Notes under the pieces: generated by a model
Databases searched by the model: none
What the model saw: the letters and a program-made list of their open reading frames with translations, nothing else
Told to the model about the DNA's origin: nothing
Origin: Podarcis erhardii
Lineage: Eukaryota
Length of the DNA stretch: 64,000 nt
Direction: 5' to 3' (one strand)
Assembly (NCBI GenBank): GCA_964252035.1
Contig: OZ176202.1
Shown here: positions 24,601 to 36,245 of the stretch, one piece after another
How the letters are laid out: every line of letters begins with the position of its first letter
Numbering within the stretch: position 1 is the first letter of the stretch
Translations under genes and position numbers: made by a program

Positions 24601-27600
24601 ACGGGAGTTGCTTAATGGATATTCTTTGTCTTGATCTGTTTATAGGTTGTGGGCTTACTTAAATGTTTATATATGTTAAATGAACTGTAAATGGTTGAGT
24701 CATTGTCTTTTCCCAGTGTTATGTTGCACTGATACTGTATGTTTGATTATGAATTGTCACTGAATTACAGTATTTAGACTTTGATATTATTATTATTTTG
24801 TGAACCGCTTTGAGCACAGATTTACTTGTGGAAAAATGGGGTATGTAAATAAATTGGCAAAGGTAAAGACATTCAGCTGTATTTTCCAACGTGGCTTTCC
24901 AGTCTAAATGATTTTGGGGCTCTGTTTTTCTTGCAATAGTCATGTTCCCTTTACAGCTGAAAAGCATTTTCACAGAATTATTGCATACAATGTGATAGGC
25001 ATGGATACAGTGAAGGAAAACCAACCTAACAGCCACAATGTAGGGGCAAATGTTTGCATTGTATTTTATTCCATTGGCTGATACATTACCTGCTTGAATC
25101 TCCATGACACACTCTGGTCCAGTCTTGCTGTTCATTTCATTAATTCTCTTTCAATGGCAGTTCCACTGTTCAGCCATGTTCCAGGTGATCCCATGTAGCT
25201 ACTTCCATCTTGGTACCTGTAGTTCTATCTGGGTGTCCCTAAGCTACAGGAACATGGAGTTTACTGGAAGGACCAATGTTGGGAATGCTGTGAATGACTT
25301 CGGTGTATTCACAACAAAGCTCCAACATTTGGTGCTGGAAATGGCCGTAATTATTTACGCCTTCTTGACAACTGGTGGTAGTGTTTACATGACCTGAGAA
25401 ACGCATAGTAATAGTCATTGACAGTAGATTTGTTTCCTGTATTTAATAATGCTTGAGTGATAACCTGGTCACTGAAATTGTAGATTCCTAAGTATGCATT
25501 GCTTACCTAAAATTCAACATACTTAACTGAAGCAGACAGTCAGCATGGTTTTATCATAAGAGGAAATCTATGGTGGAGCTGAAATAAATGTATTCACCAG
25601 AATTCTGTATGTATACTGATCTCAAAGAGTCTGTAGATATTCTTACAATATTTCCCGAAATATTCACTGGAGATTTGCTATCAACACTTGTCATACTAGT
25701 ACATTTGATGACAGTATTTGATGCCTGACAGTACAAACAAAATTATATTTAGCATGTGACAGCATACTGAAGATAAAATGCAATGGTATTTGGTATTTTA
25801 TATTATTTGACAGCTGACAGTTTTTGATGCCTGCTAAAATGAAAACATTTAAGAGACGTCGGAAAGTTCTGAGGTAAAATGATTTTAATTCTGAATTTAA
25901 AACATTTCAAATTCGGGGTGGATTTCAAATATTTGCAAACGATCATTTCAGCTCCTGTTTATAATGATTTGCTTCTATCAAAACATGGAAAGAAGAAACT
26001 GCAAAGGAGTCTGAAATGAAGGTGTGGCAAAAGAGAGACCACTACATGAAAACCAACGATGTCCCTTAGCTTGTTTTATGTCTGGGGACTCACGATAACA
26101 GTTTCAGAGTTTAACTGCAACTTACTTACGTTCACCTTTTGACTCAGTGCTCTAATTGTGGGACGAAAAAAGACACAACTGCCATAGCAGCCATGACTAA
26201 AACACACCATCAAAACCTTATTCTCCCCACCTTACATGCAGTTAACAGATGAACGGCCAATGTGCATCTAGCGTCAACATGCTTGTTGCACACCTACCAG
26301 GCCTACTGATTCCTAGCATCCATATTCCATAGATGAATAGAATCATTCACGTAGCGCACACAGAACATGAAAGCACTTTGCCACTTAAGTTCCAGCTCTT
26401 AAGCAAGTGCTGTATGCTACTAAGTCAGGTGTGGGGAACATATGGCTCTCTAGGATTTGCTGAAATACAATTCCCATCATCCCTGGCAATTGTCCATACT
26501 TGCCAGGACTGCTGGAAGTTGTAGTTCACCAACAATTGGTGGTCAAAAAGTTCCACAACCAAGTCATATTCAGAATAAAACCATTGAAAGTAAACACAGC
26601 TGAAGTCTGTTGTTTTCAATGGGTCTACCTCAGTATACGACTTTGTTGGATGTAACCCATATTACTGGTGTTATTCGCAATTGTTCTCCACAGTGGTGTT
26701 TTTTTTTTTTTTTTGCTCATAGAAAGGCATTATGGGTATTCCACAGGAAATCTAAGTCTCCTATACCACCTGCCATTAGCTCCACAGAACAAATGCACTT
26801 CTCAGCAATAACAAAAGTCATTTATTGTGCTTGTGGTGAACTGTTGCTTTTCGTTATACCTGTGACTTTACGCTTGCATTGAGGTTTGTTTGCAATGCCA
26901 GAGACATTTTTATTTTTTTAAAATATCAACAATATGCTCTTTTTCTCTTGAATGATTACGATTCTGACACAAATTTTGAAACCTTTCTTGCAGGAGAGCA
27001 ATTACTGATTTAAATAGTGTTTTCCACCTTCTTGGTACATCACTGTTTAAATTGTCACTATGTAATTCTGTGCTTTGGAAAATATTAAGCATACTTCTTA
27101 TACAATGCATGTGTTATATTTGAATGTGAACTACAAGAATGCTTGAGATTGAGAACTGCGGTCAATATTTCAATGATGATAATTAATAATACTTCTGTTC
27201 CCATTAGCTATTTTTCTCCACTCTAGTTTCTATTTTGTTGTATCACATACAGAAAGACCTGTAATTCAGTTTGCCCCACCGAAAGAAGGCAACTGGGTGA
27301 AAGGCGCAAATTTTTTTTTTGTTTTGCGCTGCAAACAAGTAATTTCACATTCCAAGTGTTTCCAAACCAACCAGCCAACCAACCTGAAACTAGAAAACCC
27401 AAAGAGAATGATGTTTTTGGCAGTAATCCATCAAATGTTCGCCTGCTGTCAAATGCAGCAAGTAAACACCATTGCAGTGAACTGGAATTGAATAGCAGTA
27501 TGTTTCCTGAATGGAAATTCAAATCATGTTCCAGCCAAAGTTAACTACTTTTAAGCCCACTTACCTTCCATGGGAGAGATAAGGTTATATTTAAGTCTCT

Positions 27601-29919
27601 CCCACGGAAATCAATGGGGAAAAGAAGCATTTAGCTTTGACTCAATCATGCCTCAGTCACTTGGTTTAAAACAAGGGCATGATAGCTACTTTTGTCACAC
27701 AATGTCTGCAACATTTAAAACTCTCTCCCCACACCTCTGCCCACCACAAAAGGAAAACTAGAACGTACTGTACTTACTATAGAAAGTTTGGGAGGTCCAC
27801 AGACTCAAAATAAAATCACAGTCCACAATCCTCTTTCAGAACATAGCATCTTAATCCAAATAATATCAGAAAGGTTAAAAATTTATCAAGCATGATGTAA
27901 GACACATAGGAAAAAACCAATTCAGTCTAAGAGGTCTTATATATTTAGTGTGTAAAAGAAGCCATCACACAAATATAATCTTGCGGGACATAAAAAATAT
28001 CATCGACTGCACACCCTCTTTATTTGGAATAGGGAGTTCAACTCTTGGTTTGTAAGAATATCAACAATGGAAGAAGATTGTGGGGAAAAACATTGCAAGT
28101 GGTGGCAGTGGCAAAAATCTTCCAAAGAAATACATATGCAGAGGCAGATGTGGGCAGGGGTTCTTATATTCTTTCCAATGATCAAGATAATATTCCTTGG
28201 ATTTCCCATAGCAGAAGTAGAGCGTGCCATGCCGCAGAAAGAGAAGGAGGCTGTCTTTCATACATGGAGCTCAGTGGGTGCATTATTCTCCCACAAGCAC
28301 ATCGGGATAATGAGGGATCCAAAAAGCATGGCCTGTGAGGAACGGGCAAAAGCCTAGCCTGAGGAAGAGACAGTTAAGCAGGGAATTAATGCTGTCTTCA
28401 AATATCTGAAGGGGTGTCTAGAAGATGATGGGACAGGCTTGCCCTCTGTTGCTCCAGAGGGCAGGACTGCCTTATCTTGGAGCAAGAGGTCACCAACTCC
28501 TGGCGCTGTTCCCGGACTAAGTCTGTGTGTCAGAGTGTGGTCAGGATGTAAGATAAGATAGACAGAGTGCCATCCCTGCTCCACTGGAACAGCCAAGGCC
28601 ATCCATTGCCGTCACGGACTGATAAAGGAGAGCACTTTGAGCACTTGTTAATACCGCTGGCTTTCTGTTTATACATTGACTCAAAAGCTCAAGTTATGGA
28701 TTTTAGAAATGCTCCCTTGGAGAAGGAAAAATGTGGATTTTGGAGCCCGTTTCAGACTGACTGCCCAGTCAGGTTTCAGGTTTTGGGAACCCATTCCTTC
28801 AGTTGAACACTGCATAAACAGATTTTGATATATCACACTGTGAAAGTTGATTTCAATATGTATATATTTGGAGGACTGGGGGGAAGGAAACCCGTGTACA
28901 GCGCAATCCAATACATATCCACTCGGAAGTAAGTTCCACTGAGCTCAGCGGAATTTACTCCCAGTGTACAAGACTGCAGACTTATGGAGCAATTGTAACT
29001 TCTGACTGGAAAAAGAAGTGGGACTGACAGGGCTGGCCCAAAACGTTTTGGCATCTGAGGCGAGCCACAAAAAGGTGCCGCCGCTGCTGCCAGGGAAGAA
29101 AGGGTGAGTGAAGATACCTTAAAAATGTATGAAGTACTTCCTTTGGCCTTCTAGATTGCTGTTTCTTCTCTATGATTGTGGCCTCTTCAATCCTCCCACT
29201 GCACAACAACAGGCAGAACCAGACATAGGTGCCATCTTGTGCCAAATATTGTGGGTGCCAACGACAAAGGGCTTCAACTTTGCCCATTGACTTTGTGGGT
29301 ACCCAGCATCCACGGCCTACTGGAGTTGGCTCCAGTGGAACCAGGACTACATTCACAGTCAAGTTCTGTTGTGTGTGTTGTGTTGTTTTTTATTATGTGT
29401 TTCTAATTTGTTTGAGAAAATTTTGATATAAATCTTTTTTAAAAAAACAAAACAAAAAGGCAGATAATTCCTCAGTAATTGAGAAATATTAGGGGTATAC
29501 AGTCATCCTTTCCTCATACACAAGACATATTTAGTCTTACTGGAACACGGGGGCAGAACCTCCACAATTGCTTTGACTTTTAGAGAAATTGAAGGATGTT
29601 CTGCAGATGCTAGAAGACTCTGTGGCATTCCTATGTGTGATTCTTTAAACTGTCCTTGAAACTCCTCAGATGTTTGGCCTGAAATTTCAGGGGGTGGGGT
29701 GGGGGTGGGGACAAGGCAACTCTAGGGCAGGCTAAGCAAGCCATGTGCGATGATTTCTTTTCACACCCATGGAATTTGCTACGTCTTTTTCAAATGCAAG
29801 TCATTTTAAGTATGCAAACAGAAACAAAAAAAGGATGCACACTATGTCTTAATCTAAAGTTTGTGAATATTGCATAAATGGAGGAACAATAAGTTTAAAA
29901 ATTTTGAATAGGCACTTAC

Positions 29920-29946
29920 TGGAATTACAGTTAATCCTGATACAGT
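29920..29946 (-). CDS. NRXN1: NRXN1 alternative splice site 3 (SS3) microexon, 27 nt, ACTGTATCAGGATTAACTGTAATTCCA, encoding (D)CIRINCNS(S)
   Basis: Found by reading; absent from the ORF track. Acceptor ttcttccccatctag|, donor |gtaagtgcc; symmetric phase 1-1; peptide matches the known neurexin SS3 insert DCIRINCNS. Confidence 0.95.
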
Positions 29947-31994
29947 CTAGATGGGGAAGAATAGATGAGAAATGAAAATTTATCCTTCAAAGTAATAGCT
30001 GCAGACATCCAATAAAATCACAGTCCACCCTTCCGGGGACAGACACATGCAAACATGGCCACTGCGTGTTCAGATTCTTTCAGTATTGCCATAGAACGCA
30101 GATATATGGTGATAAAAAACTTTATAAATAGAAGTGAGTAGAAATAGAGGATAAAAAAAATATGGCCAATTTCAAACAAAGCTACATGGTGACAAATCTA
30201 AGTGGGGAATAAAGGCTTGTGGAGAAACTGGTCCAGATACTGGATTTAAGCTGGCTGCCACTTTCTCCCCCATATATGAAAGAACAGATTAATCTTCTCA
30301 ATTTTAATTTAAAAAATAATAAAAGTGCTCCGTCACAATGGGGAATAGTACAAGCCAAGCCAATAATCACACATTCTGGATCACAGTTAATACCTCAAAG
30401 GAGGATGCAACTTTAAAAGCTTAAAATTGTAATTGCAACATTCCAACCACCTTAGATGGTCTCTCAATCCTCGGAAATACCCTTAGCTTTTACTGAAGTC
30501 GTTCAGTAAACATAGGAAAAGTGACTTCGCCATCTCCTCTAGAAATCTCCTATTAGATTAAAGCGAACCAATATCATAATTTGCTTTTTGACTTTTGAGA
30601 GGATGCTTTTCGACATCTTCTCTCTTGTGGGCGTTAGCAAATTTATTTCCGCCTTCACGGTGAATAACAGGCGGGGCAATGCTTTTATTTTATTCATAAT
30701 GTAAGGGGAATGTGCACTTTGTATGGGCAAATTGAAACACCCTTCTCGAATTAGCAGCATACTCATTTGTTCCTCTACATGGTCTTTGAGGATCATCAAT
30801 ATTATTGCTTTTATTTCTTAAAAAAATAACAACCTAGATTTTGTTTCCATGTAGCTGAGTTTGTCATGTGTCGTCAACCGCATCAGAAAAGTGGTGGCAA
30901 ACAGCCAAGGCACATTACCTACATGCCTCTGTCTACAGAAAGCTTTCTTGAAAGAGCCCTCTCCTGGCCACTATCCTACAACCATCAAGACTATTAAAAT
31001 AATGCATCAGCTTGCAGGAACTCCAAAATGTCACTAGAGGGCTCTATCTGAAGCTAAAGAAGAGTGTCCTCCCTATTGCAGAATCGAATTAATATAATCA
31101 AAATTCAATTATCTCACATTCCTATACAAAAAAATGGATTTTGAATATATCACTCTGCCCTGCCAACTTTCGCAATTTAAAAGCGAAATCACACCGAAGG
31201 GAAGGGTTTTGTTTTGTTTTGTTTTTATCGCTGTACAAAAAGTCCTGAAAATAATCTCTCTCTCACACACACAAAAAAGGAAGTTGTTCTGGTAAACTTG
31301 CATTTGGTTCCTCGGTGAATAAAGCAACGATCAATTATTTCTAAATGCTATAAAAAAAAAACCTAGGAAAGCATGATATTATTTCTGCAGGAGAGCTTAT
31401 GTGGTTTGTGTTCACATGGCTGTTTGCTGAGGGCCGCAGACTTTGGGCATTGAAGGGTCGTGTTATTTGTGACACACACACACACACAAGATCACTATGA
31501 AGGTGTAGCGGGGGGAGTTCTAAAATAAAATAAAATAAAATCAAAGGAGGGAGGGAGATGGATTTGAAAGGATGTAATGTCAGGCTGCTCTATAGAGAAG
31601 ACCAGAAACAAACAAAAATGTGGCCTGCAATCAGGTTTCTCTTGCTTGCGTATATTTTATGTGTTCTAACACATTAAGCCAAAATCAAGTACAACATGCC
31701 AGAAAGGGCTAAATAGCTTGCTGGTTTTTAACAGAGAAGGTTCTGATTATATGCTGGGGCAAACTCAGTTCGCATGAGCAAACTGTTCAGGACAACAGTG
31801 TGATTTTGGGCTGTGCACACATCACCGGCTTAAAACGCAGCAAGTTTGTTTTCCCTACAGCTGAGCTTCAAATCACATTTGCAAGACACTGTACACATCA
31901 TTACGGCCAGATGTGTTTGGAAGTCGCTCGTTGTGTGTCGACTCCAGGATCCTCTTTGTGTGTGTGCATTTCCCCACTCATGTGTGTGTGTGTG

Positions 31995-32510
31995 CCGCGG
32001 CGTAGCGTGGGTTGTCAGCACCCGGGGCAAGGCAAGTAATTTGCGCCGCCTAACCCGGGGCAAGGCAAGTAATTTGCGCCGCCTAACCCGGGGCAAGGCA
32101 AGTAATTTGCGCCGCCTAACCCGGGGCAAGGCAAGTAATTTGCGCCCCTAACCCCTAACCTGCCGTCGCTGCCAGCGTCTTCTTGCTGCTGCCTGGGCTG
32201 GTCGGGTGTGGTTCTCTCCTGCGCTCAGCGCTGCGCTGGGCGGCCGCTGCACTGTCCCTCCCCCAGATAGTCCCTCCCTCGCTCTCTCTCCGCTCCGCAC
32301 CGCACCGCACCGCACCGCACACCTGGCACCCTACCCCTCCACAGTGGGCGGCGATCCGGCAGCTCGGATCGGATTTGCACAGCCAGCACTGCAGTGAGAG
32401 AGAGTGAGTGAGCCAGGTAGGGGCAGAGAGCTGCTAGTGCGAGCGCGCCCCCCCCAAATGTTGCGCCCAGTGTGGCTGGCCCCCCCTGCACCCCCCACGC
32501 TACGCCACTG
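31995..32510. mobile_element. CpG-rich MITE with TIRs c(a/c)g(t/c)ggcgtagcgtggg ... cccacgctacgccactg, inserted into a (TG)n tract; superfamily unresolved
   Basis: 17-bp TIR with 2 mismatches; TG repeats on both flanks. Confidence 0.8.
32021..32151. repeat. 33-bp tandem repeat cccggggcaaggcaagtaatttgcgccgcctaa: 3 perfect units plus 1 variant
   Basis: Units start at 32021, 32054, 32087 and 32120; no spacers. Confidence 0.95.
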
Positions 32511-33658
32511 TGTGTGTGTTTGTGTGATTAGGGCTAGTCTGCTAATAACTCAAATTCCCTTTTCTAGAGCTTCTTTTCAGAAGGAATAGAAAAATCTGAA
32601 GCTGTATACTGTGTCATATTGGTATTAGGCTACAGTCTCTTGTAAAGGTAGACCCCCAGGTTGTGGGTTGTTCATCCTCACATTTCCTTTTGCAAAGAAA
32701 GATTCCCAGGCTGTGTGTCTCAGGCTTGATCAACCTGGTGCACACAGCTAGACTGTTGTTGAAAGTTCACTATCCAGTTCCAAACCGGCTTGTAAAAAGG
32801 GCATGGAGATCTTCGCATTCCTTCTGTTCTCAAATTGGATTAAAGCAGGTCTGGGGTGGGAAACTAATCAAAACACACTACTTCTCAAGAAACTACAGGG
32901 CAGATGTGAATTGTGGCTAACACCATGTGTACACGGCTTCATAAACCAGCAGTGTGAACACACTGGATGCAGAGTCAACCAGAGTGTGTACACAGCCTTA
33001 GAGCCCCAAATGTACATGAGCACCACTTATTATGAAAAGACCGGAATGGCAGCTCTGACTTTAAACTGCTTGTGTGCGTGGACTGCCTGGTTGGGGCAGC
33101 GGAATTTTTCCCAGTTGCCACCCTGCACCCCCTTGGCATCAGAAGAACTGACTCTCTGGAAACCCAAATCCAGTGCTCCACAGAAGCTGCATGAAACATG
33201 AAGCTTGCATGCACAATGCCGACACACCGACCGAGCTTCCCCAGCACCCAGGGGCATGTGTTTTGGACTAGGATTTACTTGTGTAAAGCAGCAATATGGG
33301 AAATCCTGGGCTGAGAAACCCACCTTGTTGGGTAAGATGCAACAAAAAAGACACAAAACAAACAGGTTGCCCTCTAATGCTGGTGGTCTTCTCTTTTTAG
33401 AACAGACTGCGGTTCAGAATTAATAATGGTGGGTTATGGTGGAGTGTGTAAAGATGAAATTAAACTCAACGAATAATGAACTTATGTATGTTGCAAATAT
33501 ATGTATATGCATGAGAACTGCATATATATATATTTCTGTTTCATTTGATTTTTCAGTGGCCAACAGGCTGTTGAATAGGTGTTTGCAGGCAAAGACGCAC
33601 ACCAAAAAAGGATGTTTGAGATGTTAACTTCAGGGTGGGAGTCGGGGAGGGACGTTAC

Positions 33659-33862
33659 CTAGGTTGACTGTTAGCTTAACTCGTCCTGCATCCAGTTCCA
33701 AGCGCAGAGTGTCAGCAGATTCCCTCGAAGTGGTGGCCATTAGAATGCCATAAGCTCGCTGTGACCTGAAGCGCAGGGACACGTCTTCTGCCTCGGTGTG
33801 CATTACCACGGGGAGTTGTATTTTCATAAACATGCTTCCGTCGTAGCTTAAAACGGTTGCCT
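33659..33862 (-). CDS. NRXN1: NRXN1 exon C (204 nt; start of LNS4): (E)[67 protein letters not shown]
   Basis: Acceptor ccttttccag|AGGCAACC, donor AACCTAG|gtaacg; phase 1-1. Confidence 0.97.
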
Positions 33863-34139
33863 CTGGAAAAGGACAAGCGGGAAGATTGAGAGGGAATTAC
33901 AAGGCTGCGTTTCTGCATGCAAGTGAATGCCACGAGTCGCATCATCAAAAAAACTGCTGAGTCAAGCAGGGCTGGCCCAATACATTTTGGCATCTGAGGT
34001 ATTAAGTTGTGAGTGGACATAGCAGACGACACAGAGATTTCTCCAAGTGGTTCTTTATAGTAAGCTGGAACTGAACTGAACTGCAAACAGCTGAACTGAA
34101 CTGGTTTTATAGGCAGCCGGCTGTCAACATTGTAACATC

Positions 34140-34140
<1 letters not shown>

Positions 34141-34189
<49 letters not shown>

Positions 34190-34380
34190 TTATTATTTGT
34201 ACCCCGCCCATCTGGCTGGGTTTCCCCAGCCACTCTGGGCAGCTTCCAACAAAGATGAAAGATACACTAAAATGTCACATATTGAAAACTTCCCTGAACA
34301 GGGCTGCCTTCAGATGTCTTCTGAATGTCAGGTAGATGTTTATCGCTTTGACATCTGATGGGAGGGCGTTCCACATAACA
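34141..34380 (-). mobile_element. L2 (second family) 3' end with (AAT)n tail
   Basis: accccgcccatctggctgggtttccccagccactctggg; same family at 41431-41702, 54587-55044 and 51019-51543. Confidence 0.75.
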
Positions 34381-34671
34381 ACAACAACCCAGGGTTTCCC
34401 GCCTAAATTGGTAACTTAAGTGGACCTGAGTGAAAACTATATACACAATACCCCCTGGTGAGAACTTCAATACATAGCATGAGGCACTCCTCCCTCCCTG
34501 CCAGGGAAGAAGGGGTGAGCGAAGATCTACACCAGGAACAAGTACAGAATACACACCAGGAAGTAGGGTGAGAGGATACCTAGCAGTGCCTCCTATTCAC
34601 CAAGAGGCGACTGTAGAGGCATTGGGAGGGTTGCAGAAGAAACAACAGATCCAGCCTCCAAGGAAAACATG

Positions 34672-34737
34672 GCGGCGGCGGCAGCGGCAGCGGCAGCGGC
34701 AGCGGCAGCGGCAGCGGCGGCGGCAGCAGCAGCAGCA
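34672..34737. repeat. (GCG/GCA)22 trinucleotide tract, including a (GCAGCG)n hexamer run
   Basis: Directly visible; reads as 22 Ala after an ATG at 34669 on the + strand. Confidence 0.95.
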
Positions 34738-34830
34738 GGCAATGCATTCCTTGGAGGTTGGATCTACTACCCCTGTGGATTCTGCTGTCCAAGACGAACA
34801 CTGTACCACATTGCATCTTATAGTGTAGGA

Positions 34831-34966
34831 CAGGCTTCCTCAACCTCAGCCCTCCAAATGTTTTGAGACTACAGTTCCCATCATCCCTGACCACTGGTCC
34901 TGCGAGCTAGGGATCATGGGAGTTGTAGGCTGAAAACATCTGGAGGGCCAAGGTTGAGGAAGCCTG
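34831..34966. mobile_element. hAT MITE, 136 bp, with 8-bp TSD gtgtagga
   Basis: TIRs caggcttcctcaacct / aggttgaggaagcctg; TSD at 34823-34830 and 34967-34974. Confidence 0.92.
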
Positions 34967-34980
34967 GTGTAGGACAAGTA

Positions 34981-35338
34981 AGATAAAGGTAAAGGACCCC
35001 TGGACAGTTAAGTCCAGTCAAAGGCGACTTTCAGGCCAAGGGAGCTGGCATTTGTCTACAGACTGCTTTCCGGGTCATGTGGCCAGCATGACAAAGCTGC
35101 TTCTGGTGCAACGAAACACCGTGATGGAACCCCAGAGCGCACAGACATGCCGTTTACCTTCCCGCCATAGTGGTACCTATTTATCTACTTGCACTCGGAT
35201 ACTTTCGAACTGCTAGGCTGGCAGGAGCTGGGACAGAGCAACAGGAGCTCACTCTGTCGTGGGGATTCAAATCGCCAATCTTCCGATCGGCAAGCCCAAG
35301 AGGCTCAGTGGTTTAGTCCACAGCGTCACCCGCGTCCC
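34981..35338 (-). mobile_element. Sauria SINE with 13-bp TSD tgtaggacaagta
   Basis: TSD at 34968-34980 and 35340-35352. Confidence 0.92.
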
Positions 35339-36017
35339 TTGTAGGACAAGTATTGTATTCCAGTATGGCCACTGAAGCTGGGGCAACACAATACATGTTG
35401 AGCATTTTGGTGCAGCCATCGTTGGACTTCTGAACATTTATTTCTTGGGGTAGCATCTCTTCTGATTGGGTTGCCTATTGTGGAATGTACATTAGAAGCA
35501 TCTTTTTTTCTTTTTTTCCTGCCCTCCCCTGCAGTCTGGTTACTGTTCCAAGGAGACTGGTATACACTAAACACTGCTGGAGCAGAAGTTTATGCTCCAA
35601 ACAACTGGAAGAAATGCTTAATAATACGCTGCTCATTAAACAGAATCACGGCCTCTAGGGCAAGGAATTATACTATCGTTTCTGCACAGGGAATGCAACC
35701 GTGCGCAGGGAGGAAATGGCTTTATTAAACAACACCAGGGAGCAGCTGTATCTAGGGGGCCGCAGAAGGGGGCAGGTGGAGAGAGCCAGGACAATAAGTT
35801 TTAGGGCGGTCCCTCTGGAAAGTAAATAATAAAGGGGTTATCTTTAATAATACAAGCAATACCCACAATCCTGTGCATTTATGCACAACATTAAATTCAC
35901 GAATTGGCCAGGATGACCCAGCAGGCTCTCTCTCTCACTCACACACACAACCCCCTCCTGGTTTTTCTGTTTTGCAAAGTTTGTCACGCCAGGCCCCCTG
36001 GAACACACACAAGGGGA

Positions 36018-36188
36018 AGGGCCATAGCTCAGCGGGAGAGCATCTGTTTTGCAAGCAAAACGTTCCATATTGACTCCCTTGTGAAAAGAATCCTGCCTGA
36101 AATCCTTGAGAGCCACTGCCAGCCAGTGTGGGCAAAACTAAGCTAGATGGAACAATAAGCTAACTCAGTATAAGGCAGCTTCCTATGG
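36018..36188 (+). mobile_element. Older tRNA-derived SINE
   Basis: gggccatagctcagcgggagagcatctgttttgc head; cagtataaggcagcttcctatg tail. Confidence 0.65.
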
Positions 36189-36245
36189 GTGTTGGATTGC
36201 ATTGAGCTTGGCCGGTAACAAGCTTTTGCAGGCTCCTACTGAGAT

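Larger units (their letters stand above)
33967..34800. mobile_element. Second eroded copy of the cagggctggcccaa family, containing an L2 fragment and a GCG/GCA expansion
   Basis: Homology by eye to 10868-12350 and 29028-29120; boundaries approximate. Confidence 0.45.

Noticed and set aside
32012-32032. REST/RE1 site (gtcagcacccggggcaag)
   Set aside because: The left half matches TCAGCACC, but the right half GGGCAA has two mismatches to GGACAG and the site is inside a transposon.
32021-32151. CRISPR array (33-bp repeats)
   Set aside because: The units are head to tail with no spacers, there are no cas genes, and the context is a vertebrate intron.
32140-32160. Interstitial telomere
   Set aside because: Only about two degenerate CCCTAA units, and they are internal to a MITE.
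31995-32510. Internal CpG-island promoter such as NRXN1-beta
   Set aside because: The CpG richness is bounded exactly by TIRs, and the beta promoter lies further downstream in the gene (after the LNS5/EGF3 exons), outside this window.
34669-34866. Poly-alanine protein gene
   Set aside because: The ORF is produced by a triplet expansion within a transposon copy; no splice or promoter support is visible.
35745-35790. CTCF site in ctagggggccgcagaagggggcag
   Set aside because: The AGGGGGC core is present but the 5' CCRSY positions match poorly; not supportable without a PWM scan or ChIP data.
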